Source: Candidatus Bathyarchaeum tardum (GTDB lineage: Archaea; Thermoproteota; Bathyarchaeia; Bathyarchaeales; Bathyarchaeaceae). Taken from it: a stretch of DNA of 64,000 bases. The position numbers and the translations under genes are program-made. Shown here in pieces: positions 8,217-17,679 of the stretch. How positions within the stretch are numbered: position 1 is the stretch's first letter; each line of letters begins with the position of its first letter. The stretch covers positions 1,216,001-1,280,000 of the forward strand of contig CP122380.1 of the NCBI GenBank assembly GCA_024650005.2, read 5' to 3'. The notes beneath the pieces were generated by a model. The model was given only the letters and a program-made list of their open reading frames with translations. It was not told the DNA's origin and made no database searches.

Positions 8217-8453
8217 TCTTTAATTGTAAGTTCAAAATTGAAAACTAAAATTTCAAAAGTTAATTTGTTTTTATGAAAAAAATTCCTGGCACAATCTTTG
8301 TTAATGTGACCTTGTTGAAAAGCACCCTGACACGTATAGTCTGACTTGTAAAAATTATTGGTTATCAATCTGTTTAACGTGGGTATTATCAAAATTTTAA
8401 ATGCTTGAATTTTGGCGGTGGTCTAAGGAAAAGTAACTAATCAATATTCCATA

Positions 8454-8996
8454 TCAAGAGTTTTTTGGCAACAAAATTAGAAGTGAATTGTTACAGATAT
8501 CAATTTTTATTTCTGTTTTGAATATTTCATAAAAAATTGTTTGGTAAAAATTTTTTAAGAATATGCTCCAGTTTAATCCATTTTGATGTCTAAGCATTAT
8601 TTTTGGATGCCCATTGTAATTTTTTTCATTAAATTGGAACCAGTTATTATCTTGTCCTGCAGTTTTCATTAGTGAAATCAAATTTTGAGCGTTAAGATCT
8701 TTTTCTTTAAGAAATAATAAATGCTTAGGAATGTATTGTCCAAACATTTTTCCTAAAGTTATAATTTTTTGTTCTGGGACTTCATTCAAAAATTCTTTTA
8801 TCATTTCACAAGGGATTGCTAAGCAAGGAAATTTTTCAATAAATCTGAAAGAATTTACATATCTATCAATAACTTGGTTATAAACTGTATTTACACTCAA
8901 CCCATTTTCTTTTGCATCTTTGACCATTATGTTATCTGGTTCTTTTTTTAGTCTCAATGTGCGAATAACAAACTGGTTGCTGTAATTTTTTCCCAA
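8454..8996 (-). CDS. Putative regulator with ribbon-helix-helix-like N-terminus
   Basis: RTLRLKKEPDNIMVKDAKENGLSVNTVYNQVIDRYV RHH-like pattern; divergent from the beta-propeller gene. Confidence 0.6.
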   Translation of the reverse strand: MGKNYSNQFVIRTLRLKKEPDNIMVKDAKENGLSVNTVYNQVIDRYVNSFRFIEKFPCLAIPCEMIKEFLNEVPEQKIITLGKMFGQYIPKHLLFLKEKDLNAQNLISLMKTAGQDNNWFQFNEKNYNGHPKIMLRHQNGLNWSIFLKNFYQTIFYEIFKTEIKIDICNNSLLILLPKNS

Positions 8997-9134
8997 AATA
9001 ATCTTCCCCTAATTTAATAATTATATTTAATTACTTATTAATTTAATCCATTATCTTAAAATATAAAATAATTAAATGTAATCGTTGGTTTAATATATAA
9101 ATTTTTTACAATATTAAAACACGGAATTGATAAA

Positions 9135-11681
9135 ATGACAAAAATCAAACAAAAAATAACAACAATCATGCTAACAATGTTGCTATTATTATCTACAATT
9201 ATTTTAACAATATCAACAGGTGCAGCACAAGAAATTAGAGAAAAAACAACGTATGCATACATAGGAGCTATACCAAACCCTGTAGGAGTTAATCAACCAG
9301 TACTCTTACACGTTGGAATATCCGACTATCTTGCCGTAACTTCACATGGATGGGAAGGTCTAACAATTACGGTAACAAAACCAGATGGTCAATCTGAAAC
9401 ATTGGGACCCTTTAAAACTGACTCGACAGGTGGAACTGGAACCGTGTTTACCCCAAATATGGTTGGAACCTACACATTCCAAACACACTTTCCTGAGCAA
9501 TTATACACTTGGAATTCTCCACCAGCTTTTTCGCAAAATATCTATGGCACTATACGATACTTGGCCAGTGATAGTGAAATATTAGAAGTAGAAGTTCAAC
9601 AAGAACCTGGAGAATACTATCCCGTTATACCAACTCCGAACGAATATTGGACGCGACCAATAGATGCGCAACATAGAAGTTGGAACACAATATCGGCCAG
9701 CTGGTTAGGAACCCCAGCAAACAATTTTGCACCATTTAATGAAGATGCCCCAGAATCAGCTCACATATTGTGGGAAAAACCTTTGTTAAAAATGGGTGGA
9801 CTTGCTGGTGGATTTTTAGGAGAAGCAGCTTTTGAATGTGGTGATGCATATGAAGGCTTTTTCTCAGACTCAATAATTTTGGCTGGAGTGCTAGTATACA
9901 ACCAGTACAAAGCAGGATTCCCTACACAAAAGGTTGTAGCAGTGGATATACACACCGGAGAAGAATTGTGGAACAAAGAACTTCAAAATCTTGACGGTAA
10001 AGCTCTGAGGGTTTCATTTGGTCAAACCTTTTATTTCTCATCCCATAACTATCACGGAACATACGGATACATCTGGGCTCTTGATGGAAATGATTGGCAT
10101 GCCTTTGATCCCTTAAGTGGAGAATGGGTATATACCATGTTGAACGTGCCCTCTAGAAGCGTACGATTTGGTGCAAGTTACACTTTAACTGGACCAAAAG
10201 GGGAAATATACATCTATGAAACTAACATTCAGAATGGCTGGATGGCACTTTGGAACTCTAGTAGAGCAGTAACAGGTCCCGCTACAGAATTTGGTGCAGG
10301 AAGTTGGCGAGCGGAAGGACAAATAATTGAAAACGCGCGACAAAGAGGGCAAGAATGGAACATTACAATACCAACAGGTCTACCTGGCGGAATTAGCGCA
10401 ACTCTTAGTGACCGAATAATAGGTACAACAGCTGCAGGCTGGATTGACATGGGTGATGCACCAATTCAAATGTGGAGTTTAAGTCTTGAACCCGGTAATG
10501 AAGGAAAATTACTTTGGCAAACATCATGGCAACCACCATTAGGCGATCTAACTGTAAGTTATGGAACTGGAAGCAGTGAAGCTGGAATTTTCACTCTTAG
10601 AGGAAAAGAATCTCGCCAAGTTTGGGGTTTCAGCACAGAAACGGGTGAACAACTTTGGGGTCCAACTGAGTCAATGCATTACTTAGGAATTTTCGGCATT
10701 GGTAGTGCGATAGTTTATGACAAATTGTTTGTAAATGCAAAAATGGCTGGTGAACTAAATGCTTATGATATTGATACTGGAAATCTAATATGGAGTTATG
10801 AAGCAGTAGATCCTTACAATGAAATGTTGTGGGGTAACAATTGGCCAGTATATCCTCTGTTTATAACTGATGGAAAAATCTACCTAGGTCACAGTGAACA
10901 CTCACCAGTAGATCCTAAACCGCGTGGTGCACCATTTATCTGCATTGATGCTGAAACGGGTCAAGAAATTTGGAGAGCTGATGGATTATTCAGGCAAACT
11001 GACTGGGGTGGTAAAGCAATAATTGGTGATAGCATAATCGCAACCTATGATTCATATGACCAAATGGTATATGCAATAGGAAAAGGTCCCAGTGCCATAT
11101 CAATATCTGCTCCTAATACTGCAATCCAACTTGGATCAAGTGCATTGATTACGGGAACAGTTACTGATGTATCACCAGGAACTAACAGTATTGAGATGAA
11201 AGCAAGATTCCCCGATGGAGTACCTGCAATATCTGATGAATACATGAGCGAATGGATGATGTACGTGTACAAGCAGTTTGAGCGCCCAGCTGACGCAACT
11301 GGAGTTCCAGTTAAAATCGAAATCGTTGACCCCAATAATCAGTATGCATGGATTGGAACTGCAACAACTGATGTTTACGGCAACTATGGTTATTCATTTA
11401 GGCCTCAAGTTGAAGGCGAATACATGATTATAGCTACTTTTGAAGGAACAAACGCATATTACGGTTCAGCCAAAACAACTTACCTTGTTGTTGATCCAGC
11501 ACCGACACCTCAGACACCAATTGAACCTGAACAACCGACTCCAACAGAACCAGAAGTTCCAATTGATCTCACGGAACCAGTAGAAACGCCATTGATTACA
11601 ACAGAACTTGCAATTATAATAGCATCTGTAGCAATTGCAGTTATTGGTGTTGCATCATATTGGTTATTAAGAAGGAAATAA
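9135..11681 (+). CDS. Secreted, C-terminally anchored PQQ-like beta-propeller repeat protein (paralogue 1)
   Basis: Signal peptide, repeated AxDxxTGxxxW motifs, Ig-like flanks, Pro/Thr/Glu linker, C-terminal TM and RRK tail. Confidence 0.88.
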   Translation: MTKIKQKITTIMLTMLLLLSTIILTISTGAAQEIREKTTYAYIGAIPNPVGVNQPVLLHVGISDYLAVTSHGWEGLTITVTKPDGQSETLGPFKTDSTGGTGTVFTPNMVGTYTFQTHFPEQLYTWNSPPAFSQNIYGTIRYLASDSEILEVEVQQEPGEYYPVIPTPNEYWTRPIDAQHRSWNTISASWLGTPANNFAPFNEDAPESAHILWEKPLLKMGGLAGGFLGEAAFECGDAYEGFFSDSIILAGVLVYNQYKAGFPTQKVVAVDIHTGEELWNKELQNLDGKALRVSFGQTFYFSSHNYHGTYGYIWALDGNDWHAFDPLSGEWVYTMLNVPSRSVRFGASYTLTGPKGEIYIYETNIQNGWMALWNSSRAVTGPATEFGAGSWRAEGQIIENARQRGQEWNITIPTGLPGGISATLSDRIIGTTAAGWIDMGDAPIQMWSLSLEPGNEGKLLWQTSWQPPLGDLTVSYGTGSSEAGIFTLRGKESRQVWGFSTETGEQLWGPTESMHYLGIFGIGSAIVYDKLFVNAKMAGELNAYDIDTGNLIWSYEAVDPYNEMLWGNNWPVYPLFITDGKIYLGHSEHSPVDPKPRGAPFICIDAETGQEIWRADGLFRQTDWGGKAIIGDSIIATYDSYDQMVYAIGKGPSAISISAPNTAIQLGSSALITGTVTDVSPGTNSIEMKARFPDGVPAISDEYMSEWMMYVYKQFERPADATGVPVKIEIVDPNNQYAWIGTATTDVYGNYGYSFRPQVEGEYMIIATFEGTNAYYGSAKTTYLVVDPAPTPQTPIEPEQPTPTEPEVPIDLTEPVETPLITTELAIIIASVAIAVIGVASYWLLRRK
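11283..11386 (+). repeat. Perfect 104-bp inverted repeat, left arm (within CDS)
   Basis: Base-for-base reverse complement of 12946-13049. Confidence 0.92.
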
Positions 11682-11701
11682 CCAACTTTCCTCCTTTTTT
11701 A

Positions 11702-11838
11702 GAGTAAACCATTAAAGGAATGGAGCTGAAAAGGTTTAAACACAACAAGGAAAAATCATCAACAAATTGATAGTAACATGGTTTTTCATTTTTTCACCCT
11801 TCGATTACTTGTGTAAAAACCTCAGCAAACCCATTTCT
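11702..11838 (+). repeat. Conserved ~137-bp non-coding element downstream of beta-propeller gene 1
   Basis: Highly similar to the reverse complement of 12491-12627; contains hairpin GAAAAATCAT/ATGGTTTTTC. Confidence 0.88.
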
Positions 11839-12490
11839 TTAGTAATTATTTGTATTAAAACTTTGTAAATTTTTCTTTGCGTTTTTGCTTTCTCACTTTG
11901 TATCAAAAAGTTCCAAACTTACATGTTCTTAGTAGGTATAGACAAAACAATTGTTATACTTTATCATAGGGTAGGATGCTCAAATGGAGTTTGAAATGGT
12001 CTTTTCGATTGTATATTTTTTAGGTGTTTTAGATCAGAAAACTGGTTTTTTACAATTTCATAATTAAATTGATATGTGTGAGCCTCTAGCCACTTATTTG
12101 TTGGTCCAGAGCTCATTATATTTGCACCTCCATTCTTTGAAAAACAGCTAATGTTTTGAAAAATTTCAGGTTCAAAACTAATTGAACCAATATTTTGTTT
12201 CAAAACTTGTTCAGCTCTAGGGTAAATATTAAAAAAAGTGAGTTAAGGGAGCCAGTGGATACGTCTCCAGAATTATATTTGTTCTATAAGAATATTGAAT
12301 TTTTAAAAATTCAATTTAACTGATGCTCTTTTTACTTACTATTCAGTTGAGGTAGGTTATAGTCAGCATATCGGTACATTGATTGATTTGACTTATGCCA
12401 AAGCATATGCTGAATATCAATTCTATGTTTGTGTTGTTTAACTGTGTGAGCTTAAAGAAAGATAAAAGTAGAAAGTTGTTTATCCGATAG

Positions 12491-12627
12491 AGAAATGGGT
12501 TTGCTGAGGTTTTTACACAGGTAATTGAAGGTGAAAAAAATGAAAAACCATGTTACTATCAATTTGTTATGATTTTTCGTTTTTGTGTTTGAACCTTTTC
12601 AGCCCCATTTCTTCTAAAGTTTTACTC
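12491..12627 (-). repeat. Conserved ~137-bp non-coding element downstream of beta-propeller gene 2
   Basis: Inverted copy of 11702-11838. Confidence 0.88.
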
Positions 12628-12659
12628 CCAAAAAAAAGAGGGAGAAAAGATGTTTGGGT

Positions 12660-15182
12660 TTATTTGCGTTTTAGGGTCCAGTAAGCGCCTATGCCGATTA
12701 CTGCGGCTATTGCGACGGTTGCAATGATGGCTATTTCTGTTGTGATGAATGCTGTTGGTTCTTCTATAGCTACTGGTGGTGTTTGAGTGTCAATTGGCTC
12801 TTCGGTGTCTATTTGTGTTGATGGTGTAGGTGCTTCGTCCACGATGAGGTATGTTGTTGTTGTTGAAGCATAGTATGAAGCTGAGCCGTCGAAAGTGGCA
12901 ATAATCATGTATTGACCTTCAATTTGGGGCGTGAACGAATAAGCGTAGTTGCCGTAAACATCAGTTGTTGCAGTTCCAATCCATGCATACTGATTATTGG
13001 GGTCAACGATTTCGATTTTAACTGGAACTCCAGTTGCGTCAGCTGGGCGACTGAACTGCTTGTATACATACAGCATCCAATCATTCATAGAGTTGTCAGA
13101 TACTGCAGGAACGCCTTTCGGGAACCTCATTTTAATGGCAGTTTCTTGTGTGCCCGGAGAAATATCCATCACCGACCCTTTAATCAGTGCTTTATTTCCA
13201 AAGGCAATAACATCGTTTTCAATTGTTACTGACGTTTCACTTGGACCTTTACCTATAGCGTACACTCTTTGGTCATAAGTATCCATGGCAGCAATTATGC
13301 TATCACCGATTATTGCTCGACCTCCCCAGTCTGTTCCACGGAAAGCGCCGTCAATTCTCCAGATTTCTTCTCCAGTTTCAATATCTAGACAAACGAAAGG
13401 TGCACCACGCGGTTTAGGATCTACTGGTGAGTGTTCACTGTGTGCATAGTAGATTTTTCCATCAGTAATAAATTGTGGTCGAACTGGCCAGTTATTGCTC
13501 CATAAAATTTCTGAATGAGGGTCAGCTACTGAGTATTCCCAGAGGAGTTGACCTGTTTTGACATCATAAGCGTTGATGATTCCAGCCATTCTTCCAGAGA
13601 ATATTATTCCTTCAGCAATTACGACTTCAATTCCTAGATAATCCAGATAATGCTGTGGTTCAGTTGGACCCCAAATCTGTTCTCCAGTATCTAGATCAAA
13701 TCCATAAAGTTGTCGGGTATCTTTTGACCATAAGACATACACTTTATCTTCAAAGCTTGGTGCTCCATTGTATCTGGTTCCCCAACTGACTGTGATGTCA
13801 CCTGGTGGTGGATTCCATTCGGTGTTAAAGATTAGTTCGCCCTCGTGTCCTGGTTCTAGATTTATTGCCCATGTGTGAACTGGTAAGTCTCCCATGGTAA
13901 GGAACCCGGGTGCATCGTTACCGACTAATCTGTCTTGGAAGTTAACAGCTACAACACTTCCTTGTAGACCCGTTGGGATTGTTACATTCCATTCTATTCC
14001 ATCTCTTGCGTCAAAAGTTGAACCCATGCCAAATCTAATCCAACTTCCTTCATCAGATACTACACGGCTTGAGTTCCATAATGTCATCCATCCATTAGCG
14101 GTGTTGACTGTGTAAATGTAGATTTCACCTTTTGGTCCATATACTCTAGTTCCAGAGGGGACATTTTCCATACTGTAAACATATTGACCGTCAAAAGGAT
14201 CGAATGCATGCCATGTACTTCCACTGGTTCCCCACAGATACGGAAATACTGCATGATAATTGTAAGAATCCCAATAGAAACTTTGAGCAAATGATAATCT
14301 AACGACAACCCCACTAGGTGTTGTCAGTGGTTTCACCCAAAGTTCTTCGCCAGTATGTAGATCAACTGCTACGACTTGTTGTGTTGGAAAACCAGATTTG
14401 TAGTGGTTGTAATACAGTTTTCCGCCAATTATCACTGAACTAGCAAAGAATCCCTCATATGCATCTCCACACTCATATGCGTGGTTCCATGTTGCACCTC
14501 CGGCAAGACCACCTGTTTGAATTTCATTTGTCCATAATATGTGTGACGTTTCGGGAGCATCATCGTTATATGGAGCCACTAGGTTAGGAGGTGTTGCTAC
14601 GTAGTTGGCTGAAATTGTAGACCATTCATGAAGCTGAGAATCAATAGGGCGAGACCAGTATTCTGTAGGAAGTGGACTTGGTTGGTAATATGTCGTTGGT
14701 TCGTTGTTGACTTCTACTTCTAATATTTCACTATCGCTTGCTAAGTATCTAATAGTACCATAGATGTTAGTTGAAAATGCTGGAGAAGCTGTCCACGTGT
14801 AGGTTTGTGACGGAAAATGAGTCTGGAATGTGTATGTTCCAACCATTGTTGGTGTATATACAGCTCCTGTTCCTCCTGTTGAGTCCGTCCTATACTCACC
14901 TAACGTTTCAGTTGTGCCATCAGGTTTTGTAACGGTAACTGTTAGACCTTCAAAGCCATCACTCGCAACTCGCAAATAATCTGTTACTCCAATGTGAAGC
15001 AATACTTGCTGGTTTACTTGGACTGGATTAGGGGTAGCACCTATTATTGCATATGTTTGTTTTTCACGAATTTCATCTTGAGCAACAACTGTTGGCATTA
15101 TCGCCAAAGTTGTTGATATTACAAAAACTAATACGCAAAAAAAGGCGAAAAGTTTTGTTTGAATCTTAGTATATTTTTTCAT
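12660..15182 (-). CDS. Secreted, C-terminally anchored PQQ-like beta-propeller repeat protein (paralogue 2)
   Basis: Same architecture and shared motifs as 9135-11681 (ECGDAYEGFF, HSEHSPVDPKPRG); TM and KRK tail. Confidence 0.88.
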   Translation of the reverse strand: MKKYTKIQTKLFAFFCVLVFVISTTLAIMPTVVAQDEIREKQTYAIIGATPNPVQVNQQVLLHIGVTDYLRVASDGFEGLTVTVTKPDGTTETLGEYRTDSTGGTGAVYTPTMVGTYTFQTHFPSQTYTWTASPAFSTNIYGTIRYLASDSEILEVEVNNEPTTYYQPSPLPTEYWSRPIDSQLHEWSTISANYVATPPNLVAPYNDDAPETSHILWTNEIQTGGLAGGATWNHAYECGDAYEGFFASSVIIGGKLYYNHYKSGFPTQQVVAVDLHTGEELWVKPLTTPSGVVVRLSFAQSFYWDSYNYHAVFPYLWGTSGSTWHAFDPFDGQYVYSMENVPSGTRVYGPKGEIYIYTVNTANGWMTLWNSSRVVSDEGSWIRFGMGSTFDARDGIEWNVTIPTGLQGSVVAVNFQDRLVGNDAPGFLTMGDLPVHTWAINLEPGHEGELIFNTEWNPPPGDITVSWGTRYNGAPSFEDKVYVLWSKDTRQLYGFDLDTGEQIWGPTEPQHYLDYLGIEVVIAEGIIFSGRMAGIINAYDVKTGQLLWEYSVADPHSEILWSNNWPVRPQFITDGKIYYAHSEHSPVDPKPRGAPFVCLDIETGEEIWRIDGAFRGTDWGGRAIIGDSIIAAMDTYDQRVYAIGKGPSETSVTIENDVIAFGNKALIKGSVMDISPGTQETAIKMRFPKGVPAVSDNSMNDWMLYVYKQFSRPADATGVPVKIEIVDPNNQYAWIGTATTDVYGNYAYSFTPQIEGQYMIIATFDGSASYYASTTTTYLIVDEAPTPSTQIDTEEPIDTQTPPVAIEEPTAFITTEIAIIATVAIAAVIGIGAYWTLKRK
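12946..13049 (-). repeat. Perfect 104-bp inverted repeat, right arm (within CDS)
   Basis: Reverse complement of 11283-11386. Confidence 0.92.
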
Positions 15183-15403
15183 TTTTTCATCCTTAGCCCA
15201 TTCTTAATTGTAAATTGTTTATAATATTTTGGGTAAAAATATAAAATATGAAAAAAACGTTAGTTTTTTCAATAAATAATGAACGTATTTTTTATATTAA
15301 TAGCAATATGTTAAATAAGCGGTTATTTAGAAAAAGAAAATTATATTAAAAGCACTTAAAGTGAAACATTCATGAAAAACAATTCACGAGGAGCGCCCTA
15401 ACA

Positions 15404-15865
15404 ATCCAAGAACAACTAGATGAAATAGATAAGAAAATTCTAGCATTGCTTTTAGAAGATGGACGTAAAAAATTTACAGATATTGCAGAAATTTGCAATG
15501 TAACAACGTCAAAAATAAAACAACATTATTACAAACTAAAAGAAAAAGGCGTAATAAAGAAATCAACCACATATGTGAATCAAAAAAAACTTGGATTCCA
15601 AGGTCATTTGAGTGTTTGTGTTAATGTCAAGTTTGGTCAAATAGAAAAATTCATGAATTACGCAAGAAAAATAAATGGAGCAACAACATATCAAGTCAAA
15701 CTTAACGGCAACTATAATGTGCATGTCTTAATTCCTCTGAAAAACATGAATGAAATTGAAGAAAAAACGCAAAAAATTAAGGATCACCCAACTGTTATCA
15801 ACTTCAAATCAAATATCTGGACTGAAATTGAACTTTTTCCAAAAAATTTGTCAGTATTACATTAG
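15404..15865 (+). CDS. Lrp/AsnC family transcriptional regulator (start uncertain)
   Basis: In-frame LDEIDKKILALLLEDGRKKFTDIAE begins upstream of the tracked TTG at 15446; RAM-domain C-terminus. Confidence 0.8.
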   Translation: MQEQLDEIDKKILALLLEDGRKKFTDIAEICNVTTSKIKQHYYKLKEKGVIKKSTTYVNQKKLGFQGHLSVCVNVKFGQIEKFMNYARKINGATTYQVKLNGNYNVHVLIPLKNMNEIEEKTQKIKDHPTVINFKSNIWTEIELFPKNLSVLH

Positions 15866-15881
15866 TGGTAATGGTATCAAA

Positions 15882-16361
15882 ATGGACGAATTAGATTTTA
15901 AAATAATAAAAAAAATAATCGCTAATTGTAGAGTTCCATTTAGCAGGATTTCAAATGAATTAGGAGTTTCAACAATAACAGTAATTCGTCGATATAACAA
16001 GCTCAAAGCCAAGGGAGTTATTATGCCTTCAGTTTATGTTGATATTTTCAAACTCGGTTACTGTATACGTGTCTGGTATATGATTTCATTAGTGAGCCAA
16101 ATCAATAAATCAACTGTTCTTGAAGAAATATCAAAAATTCCTGATGTTGTCAGGATAATAAAAGCAGTGGGAGAATACGATTTGTTGGCAATCGTTGCGG
16201 TAAAAGATTTTAAACACATGTTTGAAATTGGTGAAAAACTTGAGAAAATTGAAGGCATTGAAAAAATTGAGGCAAGACAATTTTTACCGTTAACTGATCC
16301 AAATGTACCTAAATCTGCTACTCATGGATTTTTTAATCCCAACCTTTTGGAAAAAATCTAA
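15882..16361 (+). CDS. Lrp/AsnC family transcriptional regulator
   Basis: MDELDFKIIKKIIANCRVPFSRISNELGVS HTH; GEYDLL RAM motif; start moved to ATG 15882. Confidence 0.88.
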   Translation: MDELDFKIIKKIIANCRVPFSRISNELGVSTITVIRRYNKLKAKGVIMPSVYVDIFKLGYCIRVWYMISLVSQINKSTVLEEISKIPDVVRIIKAVGEYDLLAIVAVKDFKHMFEIGEKLEKIEGIEKIEARQFLPLTDPNVPKSATHGFFNPNLLEKI

Positions 16362-16548
16362 AAAAGTTTTCAGCTAGCCACCGCTTTTAAAACTAAAGTT
16401 CAACTGCTCTTAAAACAAAATGGGTCTACCCAAGATTCATTATAGTAACTGTTCTTATTCATGATAAAAATCTGGTTAGGTTCATATAACAAATTTAAAA
16501 TATTGAAAATGCTTGTATCCAAATTGAGAAAGAAGGGGTTATTTTATC

Positions 16549-17097
16549 ATGCAAACTAGAGACGTTACAATGATTATTGTAATGGCAGTTTTGCAACTGG
16601 TAATTTCAGTTTCAATAGCTCAGATGGGAACCTTAATAACAGGCATTCCGGGAACAAATTTTTTGTTCACAATACTTTTGGCGATTCCAATCAGTTTTTC
16701 TTTGCTCTGGTATGAAGGTCGTAGGTGGAGAATTTTTTTTCAATTAGCATTATTCAGTTTGATTTCCATACCTACCTTCATAGGTGGAGCACCTTATGAC
16801 CCCACACCTAGATTAAGCAGCATAGCTACAGCATTTTTGATTGATATTTTTGCCAATAGTTCCTATGGCTTTTTTAATAAAACAAAAAAGTTGTTATGGT
16901 GGTCATTGTTGACTAGTTCAATTTATTGGGTCCTTACACCATTTTTAAAAATTGGTGTATCGATCATTTTTTATAGTCCAGAATTTGTTGAACGATTCAC
17001 TAGCGTAGTTTTAGGTTTATTCCCCATAATAATAGCTCAAGCAATAGCGGGTGGATATATTGGATATAAAATCTACAAAAACCAGATTAGATTTTAG
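16549..17097 (+). CDS. Integral membrane protein, ECF S-component-like
   Basis: 182 aa with 5-6 TM helices; C-terminal GGYIGYKIY typical of small ECF-type substrate components. Confidence 0.6.
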   Translation: MQTRDVTMIIVMAVLQLVISVSIAQMGTLITGIPGTNFLFTILLAIPISFSLLWYEGRRWRIFFQLALFSLISIPTFIGGAPYDPTPRLSSIATAFLIDIFANSSYGFFNKTKKLLWWSLLTSSIYWVLTPFLKIGVSIIFYSPEFVERFTSVVLGLFPIIIAQAIAGGYIGYKIYKNQIRF

Positions 17098-17679
17098 CAA
17101 ACAATTAACCAAAACTCCACCTGTATGTTGTCTTAAAAGTTTGGTCAATTTGAATTTTACTCAATGTATGAGAAACTTAAAAAAGAAAATTCTTCAAAGA
17201 ATTAAAATCTTTGTATTTTTTTGGACTATTTTGAGTCAGTGTTAGTTCTTTCACAAAAAAACTACTACTCAATAAAGGACATTTGTAATTAGCAAACAAA
17301 AAAGACATATTGCTCTAATTTATAGGCATAAGTTCAAGTTAATGATTTTTTGTTCAATTATCAAAAGATTGTTTTTGTTCAGTCTGTTGATTGATTTACA
17401 AATATAATGCAAATTATAACAAAGGTGGATTTTTTTTATTCAAATGATTAAAAACATATTTTTCTATTAAAACGGGAAAAAGCAAGTTTGAGGGAACGTA
17501 GATACATCACCAGAAACATATTGCACTAAAGGTTCAATAAGTTATACTTGTTTGGAACTATAATCATAATTGCTTTTAATTGGACTAATCGTTGCCAATA
17601 ATTTTATTATCTAAAAATGCTCTAATCAAATATTTAACGTGAAGTGGTATGATTTTAAAAAAACATGCAGACTTGAGGG

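Noticed and set aside
8195-8392. 65-aa ORF next to the element remnants
   Set aside because: No motif or convincing start signal.
11964-12203. 79-aa ORF between the propeller genes
   Set aside because: No recognisable motif and a weak start; probably a decayed fragment.
9135-15182. Diversity-generating retroelement (TR/VR pair) behind the repeats
   Set aside because: No reverse transcriptase in the window, and the 104-bp copies are identical with no adenine-specific mismatches.
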